A stretch of DNA of 64,000 nt, taken from assembly GCA_016779165.1 (NCBI GenBank), contig JADHOE010000002.1, forward strand, positions 1,402 through 65,401, written 5' to 3'. The position numbers and the translations under genes were made by a program. The notes under the pieces were generated by a model that worked only from the letters and a program-made list of their open reading frames with translations, ran no database searches and had not been told where the DNA came from. Below, piece after piece: positions 13,101-20,821 of the stretch. The stretch's first letter is position 1. Each line of letters begins with the position of its first letter. Source of the DNA: Candidatus Margulisiibacteriota bacterium (GTDB lineage Bacteria > Margulisbacteria > Marinamargulisbacteria > UBA817).

Positions 13101-13326
13101 CACCAAGAGTTAACCCATCAAGAAACTCCAACTGATATTTGCCACCATAACCTACTATCGGTGAAATACTCTTAAGCTCTTTGGCAATACCTTCCTTAAG
13201 AAACATCTGAAAAGATTCAACCTGTAGGTCGAGCAAGTTAGGCACTGAAAGGTTTTCTTCAGGAGCTTCAGAATGCAAAGGAACTCGATCACGATACGTT
13301 TTATATTTTGACAAATTACACCTCAT
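10105..13326 (-). CDS. rpoB: DNA-directed RNA polymerase subunit beta (short form)
   Basis: 1073 aa. Carries [15 protein letters not shown] and [48 protein letters not shown]. The start is ambiguous. The ATG at 13326 has no SD and lies 5 nt after a T9 tract. The TTG at 13314 is preceded by GAGG, within ATGAGGTGTAATTTG. Confidence 0.97.
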   Translation of the reverse strand: [1073 protein letters not shown]

Positions 13327-13330
13327 TTAA

Positions 13331-13369
13331 TAAAAAAAAACCTGAAACTGCATTAACTGCAGTTTCAGG
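13331..13369 (-). terminator. Rho-independent terminator/attenuator between rplL and rpoB
   Basis: On the minus strand a perfect 12-bp stem (CCTGAAACTGCA / TGCAGTTTCAGG, 5-nt loop) is followed directly by T9. The position matches the known rplL-rpoB attenuator of other bacteria. Confidence 0.75.
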
Positions 13370-13388
13370 TTGTCTGTAAAAAAAAGAA

Positions 13389-13808
13389 TTATTTCAATTC
13401 TATTTCAGCCCCTTGCTCCTCAAGTTGCTTCTTCAAGGTTTCAGCTTCTGCCTTATCCACACCTTCTTTAACAGCTTTTGGGGCTGCATCAACAAGCTCT
13501 TTCGCCTCTTTGAGACCAAGTCCAGTAATTTCACGAACTGCTTTTAGAACTTGAATTTTTTTATCCCCAGCGGATTTTAAAACCACATCAACAGTATCGC
13601 TACCTGAATCTTCAGAACCGGCATCGCCGCCAGCAACTGGCGCGCCTGCCATTGCAACTGGCGCTGCGGCAACTACACCAAACTTATCCTCTAAGGCTTT
13701 TACTAAATGAGATAATTCAAGAACTGTCATTTTTTCAACAGTTTCAATTACCTTCTTTGCATCAGCGCTTAAATCAACTTCCTTTTCAACTGTGGTTTCT
13801 TCAGACAT
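13389..13808 (-). CDS. rplL: 50S ribosomal protein L7/L12
   Basis: 139 aa. Has an Ala/Gly hinge ([15 protein letters not shown]) and the C-terminal domain [24 protein letters not shown]. Confidence 0.96.
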   Translation of the reverse strand: MSEETTVEKEVDLSADAKKVIETVEKMTVLELSHLVKALEDKFGVVAAAPVAMAGAPVAGGDAGSEDSGSDTVDVVLKSAGDKKIQVLKAVREITGLGLKEAKELVDAAPKAVKEGVDKAEAETLKKQLEEQGAEIELK

Positions 13809-13817
13809 TTTTTCCTC

Positions 13818-14348
13818 CTAATTTTTTTTATTCTTAATCGCTTCTAATGAATACACCAGTCCGCGCATCGGAGAACTCATACTCATTACAAAACGACTAA
13901 TGGTGGATTTCAACCCACCAACAAGCTGCCCTATCAAGACATCTCTTGACGGCAATTTAGACAAAGCTTTCACTTCTTCTTCTGAAAGAAAACCATTATC
14001 CAAATAACCACCTTTAACAACCAAAGCGTCATTGCTTTTTTTAAAGGCATAGACGATGGCTGCTATCTGGGGACAATCTTGCTTTGACACTACAAGCGCT
14101 GTTGGACCCTTTAACAACGACTGCGGGAATTCAATGTTTAAATCATTAAACGTTCTCTGAATTAAGCTATTTTTAACAACATGATAAGACGCATTGGCTT
14201 GACGCAAATCATATCGAAGTGCACGCAATTGAGACACAGTTAATCCTCTATACTCTGTAAAAAATAGAGCATCTGATTTTCCGAACTCATCCGTTAATAA
14301 CTGAACCTTATCTTGCTTTTTCTGCAATACTTTTTCACGTACTGACAT
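13818..14348 (-). CDS. rplJ: 50S ribosomal protein L10
   Basis: Carries FTEYRGLTVSQLRALR. The ORF track starts at the GTG at 14354. The ATG at 14348 (MSVREKV...) has GGAAGG upstream. Either start overlaps the rplA 3' end. Confidence 0.93.
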   Translation of the reverse strand: MSVREKVLQKKQDKVQLLTDEFGKSDALFFTEYRGLTVSQLRALRYDLRQANASYHVVKNSLIQRTFNDLNIEFPQSLLKGPTALVVSKQDCPQIAAIVYAFKKSNDALVVKGGYLDNGFLSEEEVKALSKLPSRDVLIGQLVGGLKSTISRFVMSMSSPMRGLVYSLEAIKNKKN

Positions 14349-15048
14349 TGTCACTTACCTTCCATTTAACATCCATGGGCTTGACTTTAACACCGGGACC
14401 CATGGTAGAGCATATTGTCAAAGATTTCAAGTACACACCCTTCGCCTTCGGGGGCTTTAATTTCACAACATGATCATAAACCTCTTTAAAATTATCATAT
14501 ATAGCAGTCTCATGGAAACTAGCCTTACCTAAAATCAAGTGTAAATTACCTTCTTTGTCGTTCCGAAACTCGATTTTTCCTGCCTTAAATTCTTTAACTG
14601 CACTCACAATGTCAGTAGTAACAGTCCCGGATTTTGGGCTTGGCATTAACCCTCTTGCACCAAGCAATCGCCCAAGCTTACCAAGCTTTGGCATTACTTT
14701 GGGTGTTGCAATAACCAAATCAAAATCTAGCCAACCATCCGATATCTTCTTCAATGTATCATCCAACCCACATTCAATAGCACCCGCATCTAGAATTGGC
14801 TGAATATTTTCATCGTCAGTAATGGCCACGATTCGAACATCCTTACCTGTACCATGAGGCAAACTTAAGGTGCCTCGAACCAACTGGTCTGCATGTCTCG
14901 GGTCAATACCCAATGAAAAGTGAACCTCTATCGTCTCATCAAAAGAAGCACTTGCAGCCTCCTTGCATATCCCAATGGCCTCAGTTGGATTATATTCTTT
15001 TTCAAAGTTGTATTTTTCAATTACCGCTTTTCTTTTTTTTGTTATCAT
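14335..15048 (-). CDS. rplA: 50S ribosomal protein L1
   Basis: 237 aa. Carries [19 protein letters not shown]. Its start overlaps the rplK stop (ATGA). Confidence 0.95.
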   Translation of the reverse strand: MITKKRKAVIEKYNFEKEYNPTEAIGICKEAASASFDETIEVHFSLGIDPRHADQLVRGTLSLPHGTGKDVRIVAITDDENIQPILDAGAIECGLDDTLKKISDGWLDFDLVIATPKVMPKLGKLGRLLGARGLMPSPKSGTVTTDIVSAVKEFKAGKIEFRNDKEGNLHLILGKASFHETAIYDNFKEVYDHVVKLKPPKAKGVYLKSLTICSTMGPGVKVKPMDVKWKVSDNVST

Positions 15049-15500
15049 TGAACATTCTCCGTTAATTCACCTTTTACTTGAATCCCCATGCTTCTAGCTG
15101 AACCCGCAATGACTTTTGCCGCTTGATTAATATCGTACGCATTCAAATCAGGCATTTTAATTTCAGCAATCTTCTTAACATCCTCGACATCAATTGAGCC
15201 AACAATATTCCTTCCTGGCATTTCAGAGCCTTTTTTAAGCTGAGCATACTTTTTAATTAAATCGCTTGCTGGCGGGGTTTTTAAGACAAAATCAAAAGAA
15301 CCATCAACAAATGCCGTGATTTCTACTGGAATAACCTCACCCATTTTGTCCTTAGTCTTATCATTATAAGCTTTACAAAACTCCATAATATTAATGCCAG
15401 CCTGACCAAGTGCAGGGCCAACAGGGGGGGAAGGGTTTGCTTTACCACCTTCAATTTGTAGCTTGATTACTGTTTTTACTTGTTTTTGTTTTTTAGCCAT
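15045..15500 (-). CDS. rplK: 50S ribosomal protein L11
   Basis: 151 aa. Carries [29 protein letters not shown]. Lies only 12 nt downstream of nusG. Confidence 0.96.
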   Translation of the reverse strand: MAKKQKQVKTVIKLQIEGGKANPSPPVGPALGQAGINIMEFCKAYNDKTKDKMGEVIPVEITAFVDGSFDFVLKTPPASDLIKKYAQLKKGSEMPGRNIVGSIDVEDVKKIAEIKMPDLNAYDINQAAKVIAGSARSMGIQVKGELTENVQ

Positions 15501-15512
15501 TCTTACTCCTTA

Positions 15513-16208
15513 TCACTTTCCATCAAGGTATTTTTCAACCTGATCAAAATCAAGCTCAACTGGTGTTTCCCGTCCAAAAATAGAAATCAGCGCTTTCAGC
15601 TTACCTCTCTCTGGATTTATCTCAGAAATGGCCCCTGTGTAACCACGAAAAGGACCAGAAATAACTTTAATTATCTCACTTAGCTCAAAATCAACCTCGA
15701 TCTTTTTCATGTTTTCACCAAGCTGCCTTAAGATTCGATTAATCTCATCCTCTCCAACAGGGGTTGGCTCGTTTCTTGACCCGACCAACTTTGCAACACC
15801 TGGTAAACGGCGCAACATGTACCACGCCCCTTCGTCAGGCTGCATCTGAACAAAAAGGTATCCGGGAAACATCTTTTTCACTTTTTCTTTTCGTTCATTA
15901 TTTTTTATTTCTACAGTTTCTTCCTCTGGAAGAAGGACTCGGTGAACAATGCCTTTAAACTCATTCTCTTGCATTTGAATAATTCTATCTCTCACTTTTT
16001 GCTCATAAAGTGCGTAGCATTGAACAATGTACCATTGCGCACCTTGAATAGTAGCTGAAGAATCATTTGTATCATCAACATTAGTATCTAAAATATCTTC
16101 TTCGTCCAAAACAATGGCAGAAGATTCGTTGTCAAACCCACCTTTAGCGTGATTTACGGCTTCATCAGCATTCATTTCAATTTCTTCTACGGAGTGTTCT
16201 TTATCCAT
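15513..16208 (-). CDS. nusG: Transcription termination/antitermination factor NusG (with acidic N-terminal extension)
   Basis: 231 aa. The NGN domain starts at WYIVQCYALYEQKV. The KOW domain reads GPFRGYTGAISEINPERGKLKALISIFGRETPVELDFDQVEK. About 55 acidic residues precede the NGN domain. Confidence 0.93.
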   Translation of the reverse strand: MDKEHSVEEIEMNADEAVNHAKGGFDNESSAIVLDEEDILDTNVDDTNDSSATIQGAQWYIVQCYALYEQKVRDRIIQMQENEFKGIVHRVLLPEEETVEIKNNERKEKVKKMFPGYLFVQMQPDEGAWYMLRRLPGVAKLVGSRNEPTPVGEDEINRILRQLGENMKKIEVDFELSEIIKVISGPFRGYTGAISEINPERGKLKALISIFGRETPVELDFDQVEKYLDGK

Positions 16209-16227
16209 TTTAAATCTAACCTTTCGA

Positions 16228-16413
16228 CTAATTTCTTATCCCAAAAATAAATGCTGATAATAAAAAATCTGAACCTGCAATATAAATTGTAAAGAAAATT
16301 ACCATAAAAATAGTAATTATTGAAGACCTAAGGACAAAATCTTTTTTTGGCCAATCTATTCTTTTGAATTCTGATTTAAAATCTCGAGTTATACTAACTT
16401 TATCTTTTGACAT
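16228..16413 (-). CDS. secE: Preprotein translocase subunit SecE
   Basis: 61 aa with a single TM (IITIFMVIFFTIYIAGSDFLL) after EFKRIDWPKKD. Canonical position upstream of nusG. Confidence 0.88.
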   Translation of the reverse strand: MSKDKVSITRDFKSEFKRIDWPKKDFVLRSSIITIFMVIFFTIYIAGSDFLLSAFIFGIRN

Positions 16414-16436
16414 TATTATCTCTGTAAATACTTAAA

Positions 16437-16513
16437 TGGCAGGCCCGGTCGGATTCGAACCGACAACACTCGGTTTTGGAGACCGATGCTCTACCAGTTG
16501 GAGCTACGAGCCT
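16437..16513 (-). tRNA. trnW: tRNA-Trp (anticodon CCA), 3' CCA encoded
   Basis: Folded by hand from the minus strand.
- Acceptor stem AGGCUCG/CGGGCCU, with one G-U pair
- D stem GCUC/GAGC
- Anticodon stem UCGGU/ACCGA with loop CUCCAAA
- T stem GUCGG/CCGAC with loop UUCGAAU
- Discriminator G, then CCA
It sits in the classic position upstream of secE. Confidence 0.93.
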
Positions 16514-16530
16514 AGGTTAAACCAACTTAA

Positions 16531-16577
16531 ATCATAGCATCTGTGTACAAAGTAATACCAAACGCAATGTGCGTCAA
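16531..16577 (-). promoter_or_regulatory. Candidate promoter(s) for tRNA-Trp-secE-nusG transcription
   Basis: The minus strand offers two possibilities. One is TTGACG (16577-16572), 17 nt, TACTTT (16554-16549). The other is an extended -10, TGcTATGAT (16539-16531), about 17 nt upstream of the tRNA 5' end. Pattern match only. Confidence 0.3.
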
Positions 16578-16594
16578 CAAAAAAAAAGAGCTTA

Positions 16595-16623
16595 TTGTTT
16601 GATTGATTGTGTTGTGATAATAT
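16595..16623 (+). promoter_or_regulatory. Candidate promoter for rplU-rpmA-obg
   Basis: TTGTTT (16595-16600), a 17-nt spacer, then TAATAT (16618-16623) preceded by TGa (extended -10). GGAGG lies 6 nt upstream of the rplU ATG. Confidence 0.35.
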
Positions 16624-16654
16624 GCTTTCTTAACTAAATTAAGTTGGAGGACCA

Positions 16655-17182
16655 ATGAAGTTCGCAGTTGTAGAAATTAACGATAAGCAACATCTTCTTA
16701 AAGAAGGTCATGTAGTTACAATAGATGGTAATCATGATGAGTCAAAACTAACATTTGATAAATTAATGATAGCATCCGATGAAAATCAAGCGGTTAACAT
16801 TGGGCAGCCTTACATCACTGGTGGCACTGTTGAAGCTGAAGTTTTGGCCTCTGGAAAACGTGAAAAAGATATTGTTTTCAAGTTTAAAAGAAAAACAGGG
16901 TACAAATTGACCAAGGGTCACCGTCAAAACAGTACAACAATCAGAATTACTAAGATTACGCTACCGTCTGCTTCTAATGCTCAGCCAAAAACCAAGGCCG
17001 CAACAACTAAATCAGAAACTGAAGGATTGGAAGAATCTAAAACCCAGATCAAAGAAAATGCTTCAAAACCAAAAAAAACTGAATCGAAGAAAGATATAGC
17101 CCCTTCAAAACTCAAAACAAAAGAAGCCCCATCAAGCACTGAACCAAATGAATTAACCAAAGGAGAAAACCATGGCTCATAA
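16655..17182 (+). CDS. rplU: 50S ribosomal protein L21 with long low-complexity C-terminal tail
   Basis: 175 aa. The L21 core runs [18 protein letters not shown]...[26 protein letters not shown]. About 70 residues of a K/S/T/E/P-rich tail follow. Confidence 0.93.
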   Translation: MKFAVVEINDKQHLLKEGHVVTIDGNHDESKLTFDKLMIASDENQAVNIGQPYITGGTVEAEVLASGKREKDIVFKFKRKTGYKLTKGHRQNSTTIRITKITLPSASNAQPKTKAATTKSETEGLEESKTQIKENASKPKKTESKKDIAPSKLKTKEAPSSTEPNELTKGENHGS

Positions 17183-17435
17183 AAAAGGTAAAGGTAGCAC
17201 CAAAAATGGTAGAGATAGTGAATCCAAACGTTTGGGTGTCAAACGCTATGGTGGAGAAATGGTTAGTGCCGGCACAATAATTGTTAGACAACGTGGGACT
17301 CGTTTTTTACCCGGTAAAAACACTGGTCTTGGTAAAGATTTCACCATATTTGCAACGGTTGATGGGACTGTTGATTTTTCCTTTGTTAAACGAAATAAGA
17401 AAGAAATCAACATTATTCCTTTAGTAACCAGTTAA
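17172..17435 (+). CDS. rpmA: 50S ribosomal protein L27
   Basis: 87 aa. Starts [28 protein letters not shown]. No Firmicute-type N-terminal propeptide. Overlaps rplU by 11 nt. Confidence 0.96.
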   Translation: MAHKKGKGSTKNGRDSESKRLGVKRYGGEMVSAGTIIVRQRGTRFLPGKNTGLGKDFTIFATVDGTVDFSFVKRNKKEINIIPLVTS

Positions 17436-18437
17436 TTGGCATTTGTTGATACACTAACCATTACCATTTCTTCTGGCAATGGTGGTAATGGTTGCTCTAG
17501 TTTTCGTAGAGAAAAATTTGTAGCAAAAGGTGGGCCTGATGGGGGTGATGGCGGCTCTGGGGGCGGTGTTGTTTTTATAGCCTCAAAAAAAATAAGCACA
17601 TTCTTAGACTTATCAAAAAAGCGATTTTACAAAGCCCAACATGGTGAAGACGGAAAACCAAAAAAACAAACCGGAAAGTCAGGCTCCGATTGCATAATTC
17701 ATGTCCCCTGTGGCACTTGTATGTATAACAAAGACTCCGGGGAATTAATTGCCGAGCTCAATGCAGATGGCCATCATTTTGTAGCTGCCAAGGGAGGCAA
17801 AGGGGGGAAAGGAAACGTTCACTTTTCAACCTCTCGGATTCAAACCCCTCGGAGAGCCAGTTCTGGTTCCCCAGGGACACGCATCGAATTGAATTTAGAG
17901 CTGAAGCTAATTGCCGATGTTGGTTTAATTGGCTACCCAAATGCCGGAAAATCGACATTGCTTCAAACACTAACCCGAGCAACACCAAAAATTGCCAATT
18001 ACCCATTTACAACATTGCACCCAAACCTTGGTATTTTTAGGCGATATAACTCAGAGATTGTGATTGCGGACATTCCCGGTATTATTGAGGGTGCGTCGTC
18101 TGGAATTGGCCTTGGCAATGAATTTTTACGCCACATTAGTAGGACAAATGTGCTATTGTTTTTGGTTGAACCGGTAATTGAGTGCATAGAAACTACCATT
18201 GAAACCTACTCCACATTAATCAAAGAAATTAATGCCTATGACGCTTCCATATTGAAAACAAAAAAACGTTTGGTGGCAATTAACAAAGTGGACTTACTCA
18301 CCACAGCCCAAATCAACACATTAACATTGCTGTTTAAAGGCATGCATGCCATTCAAATTTCTTGCTTTTTAAACAAAGGTATCGAAGAATTAGAGCAAAG
18401 GATTTATTCAATTATTCATGAAACGGATCATCATTAA
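17436..18437 (+). CDS. obg: GTPase Obg/CgtA
   Basis: 333 aa with a TTG start directly after the rpmA stop. Has the Gly-rich Obg fold (SSGNGGNGCSSFRREKFVAKGGPDGGDGGSGGGV) and GTPase motifs GYPNAGKSTLL, DIPGIIEGAS and NKVD. Confidence 0.95.
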   Translation: MAFVDTLTITISSGNGGNGCSSFRREKFVAKGGPDGGDGGSGGGVVFIASKKISTFLDLSKKRFYKAQHGEDGKPKKQTGKSGSDCIIHVPCGTCMYNKDSGELIAELNADGHHFVAAKGGKGGKGNVHFSTSRIQTPRRASSGSPGTRIELNLELKLIADVGLIGYPNAGKSTLLQTLTRATPKIANYPFTTLHPNLGIFRRYNSEIVIADIPGIIEGASSGIGLGNEFLRHISRTNVLLFLVEPVIECIETTIETYSTLIKEINAYDASILKTKKRLVAINKVDLLTTAQINTLTLLFKGMHAIQISCFLNKGIEELEQRIYSIIHETDHH

Positions 18438-19170
18438 AATTGGTACAAACGTGCTAACAGATCACCAACAACGGCTTGATTTGAACAATATGCGACAACT
18501 GGTATTTCAAATTTCTGACGCACTGGATTGTCACAAAGATATTGAATTTGTAATAGTTAGCTCTGGCGCAATTACATGTGGCTCAAAACACATCAACATG
18601 TCACCTATAAATTTAGCAAAAAAACAAGCGGCTGCTGCAATTGGTCAAATCTTACTTTACCAACAATATTATGATTTTTTTCAATTTAAAAACAAATGTG
18701 TCGCTCAATTATTGGTTACCAAAGATAATTTTGAGGATGACCAAAAAAAAGAAAATATCAAGCAAACCATTGAAACATTATTTAGTGAAAATGTTATCCC
18801 CATAATTAATGAAAATGACTCGGTTTCGACTGAAGAAATCCAATTTGGAGACAATGATCAATTATCGTCAACATTGGCCATTCATATGAATGCAAATCAC
18901 TTGATTTTACTTACCAATGAAGATGGATTGCTCGACCAAAACAATCGCGTGGTGTCGACACTTCAAGAAATAAGCAACGATGAATTATCGCTAGTAAATG
19001 ATAGCTTAAGCACATCCACATCCAAAGGGGGAATGCGATCAAAATTATTAGCAGCTCAACTTGCTGCAGCCAATGGCATTAACGTTACCATTGCCAATGG
19101 TAGGACACCCGATATCCTTAAATCAATATTGCAAAATCAACCTGTGGGCACAACCATCAAATGCAATTGA
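18418..19170 (+). CDS. proB: Glutamate 5-kinase (no PUA domain)
   Basis: 250 aa. Carries IIIKIGTNVLTD, VIVSSGAI, IPIINENDSVSTEEIQFGDNDQLS and GGMRSKLLAA. Overlaps obg by 20 nt. No proA follows. Confidence 0.9.
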   Translation: MKRIIIKIGTNVLTDHQQRLDLNNMRQLVFQISDALDCHKDIEFVIVSSGAITCGSKHINMSPINLAKKQAAAAIGQILLYQQYYDFFQFKNKCVAQLLVTKDNFEDDQKKENIKQTIETLFSENVIPIINENDSVSTEEIQFGDNDQLSSTLAIHMNANHLILLTNEDGLLDQNNRVVSTLQEISNDELSLVNDSLSTSTSKGGMRSKLLAAQLAAANGINVTIANGRTPDILKSILQNQPVGTTIKCN

Positions 19171-19223
19171 TAAAACCACTCAACAACAGCTACAATAAAA
19201 CACATAATGATGAGTCAGAATAA

Positions 19224-19703
19224 ATGTCTGTAAACGCCATATACGCAGGGAGCTTTGATCCCGTAACGAATGGGCATTTGGACATTATTCATAGAGCCCT
19301 TCGCATTTTTGATTTTGTAACAGTAAGTGTTATTGGTAACGTTGATAAAGCCCCACTGTTTAGCATTAAAGAACGGATTGATTTAATAAAAAACAGCATT
19401 TCATCTGATCGAGTGGAAGTAGAGGGTTTTGAGGGGTTATTGGTTGATTATGCCAGAAAAAAAAATACATTCAATTTAATTCGTGGCTTGCGCGCTGTTA
19501 GTGATTTTGAATATGAGTTTCAAATGTCTCTCATTAATCGTGCCCAAGAACCTCGCATTGACACCACATTTTTAATGACCGATCAAAAATACAGTTATTT
19601 AAGCTCAAGTATTGTTCGGCAATTGGCAAAATTAAATGGAAATATCTCTGATTATGTGAGTAACTACGTTAAAATCAAATTAAAGGAGAAATGCAATGGA
19701 TAA
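19224..19703 (+). CDS. coaD: Phosphopantetheine adenylyltransferase
   Basis: 159 aa. Carries AIYAGSFDPVTNGHLDII and SSSIVRQL. Confidence 0.93.
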   Translation: MSVNAIYAGSFDPVTNGHLDIIHRALRIFDFVTVSVIGNVDKAPLFSIKERIDLIKNSISSDRVEVEGFEGLLVDYARKKNTFNLIRGLRAVSDFEYEFQMSLINRAQEPRIDTTFLMTDQKYSYLSSSIVRQLAKLNGNISDYVSNYVKIKLKEKCNG

Positions 19704-20112
19704 AATAAAAGGCATTATTTTTTTATTAGAATCCCTGGTTAACACCGGAAAAAAGCAGTGGATGTCCAACAACATTAGCATTGATAAAAGTGAAGCATTA
19801 TCGTTAATTAACAAACTTACAGAGGCTGTTGATGCCTATGAAAATGAAGAAAAGCAATCGACAACTTACCATGCTAACGATATTGATATGCGTGTTCAAA
19901 ACACCGCCTTCTTAGATACTAAAAAAGAAGTCCTTAAACTTAAGCAAGACGCCAATGAGTACGCGGATGCAATATTATCCCGTTTGCAATTATTGGTTAC
20001 AAAACTTCAGAAGAATGTGATAAAAATAGAAAAAAATATAACGGAAGGCCGGCATTTAATTGAAGAAAAACAACTGGCAAATATGAAAGGAGACGATCAT
20101 GAGATCCAATAA
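19696..20112 (+). CDS. Hypothetical coiled-coil protein
   Basis: 138 aa with no recognised family. Overlaps coaD by 8 nt and rph by 14 nt. Heptad-like, charged sequence (KEVLKLKQDANEYADAILSRLQLLVTKLQKNVIKIEKN). Confidence 0.55.
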   Translation: MDKIKGIIFLLESLVNTGKKQWMSNNISIDKSEALSLINKLTEAVDAYENEEKQSTTYHANDIDMRVQNTAFLDTKKEVLKLKQDANEYADAILSRLQLLVTKLQKNVIKIEKNITEGRHLIEEKQLANMKGDDHEIQ

Positions 20113-20821
20113 TAGAAAAAATAACGAGTTACGCCCAATGACAATTGAGAAAAATTTTATTGAAAATGCTGATGCATCCGCACTTATTTCATTTGGTAAA
20201 ACACGCGTGATATGCACAGCAACCATTGAAGAATCGGTTCCAAGGTTTCTTAAAGATACTGGTAAGGGTTGGGTTACCGCAGAGTATGCCATGCTACCTG
20301 CATCTTCAAATGAGCGAATTCGGAGAGAAGTAAGCAATGGCAAACAGTCCGGTCGTACCATGGAAATACAACGGTTGATTGGACGCTCTTTACGAGCAGC
20401 AATAAACCTAGATGCCCTGGGGGAGCGAAGCATTTATATTGACTGTGACGTCATACAGGCGGATGGCGGTACAAGAACGACATCTATTACGGGGGGTATG
20501 ATTGTGCTTCATGATGCCATTCAGTCGCTGTTGGATAGCCAGCGTTTATCAGTATCGCCAATTCAGAATTTTGTATCCGCAATTAGTGTTGGGTTGGTTG
20601 ACAATCAGGTGATGCTTGACCTGGATTATATTGAAGATTCATCCGCAGAAGTGGACATGAATTTAATAATGACAGATGACGGGCGATTCATTGAAATTCA
20701 AGGAACAGCTGAGCAAACCCCATTTAGCGCTGATCATTTAGCAGAATTTTTAAGTGTTGGAAAAGCTGGCATTTCGACTATCATTGATACCGTTAAATCA
20801 TCAGTAATTGTTCCGGCTTGA
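20099..20821 (+). CDS. rph: Ribonuclease PH
   Basis: 240 aa. Carries ELRPMTIEKNFIENADASALISFGKTRVICTA, GRTMEIQRLIGRSLRAA and DGGTRTTSITGG. Confidence 0.95.
   Translation: MRSNNRKNNELRPMTIEKNFIENADASALISFGKTRVICTATIEESVPRFLKDTGKGWVTAEYAMLPASSNERIRREVSNGKQSGRTMEIQRLIGRSLRAAINLDALGERSIYIDCDVIQADGGTRTTSITGGMIVLHDAIQSLLDSQRLSVSPIQNFVSAISVGLVDNQVMLDLDYIEDSSAEVDMNLIMTDDGRFIEIQGTAEQTPFSADHLAEFLSVGKAGISTIIDTVKSSVIVPA

Noticed and set aside
16514-16654. The largest intergenic region (141 nt), considered as a possible small RNA or riboswitch.
   Set aside because: It is a divergent promoter region between tRNA-Trp/secE and rplU. It is AT-rich and I could find no extended conserved-looking stem structure. 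It is too short for tmRNA, RNase P RNA, SRP RNA or 6S RNA.
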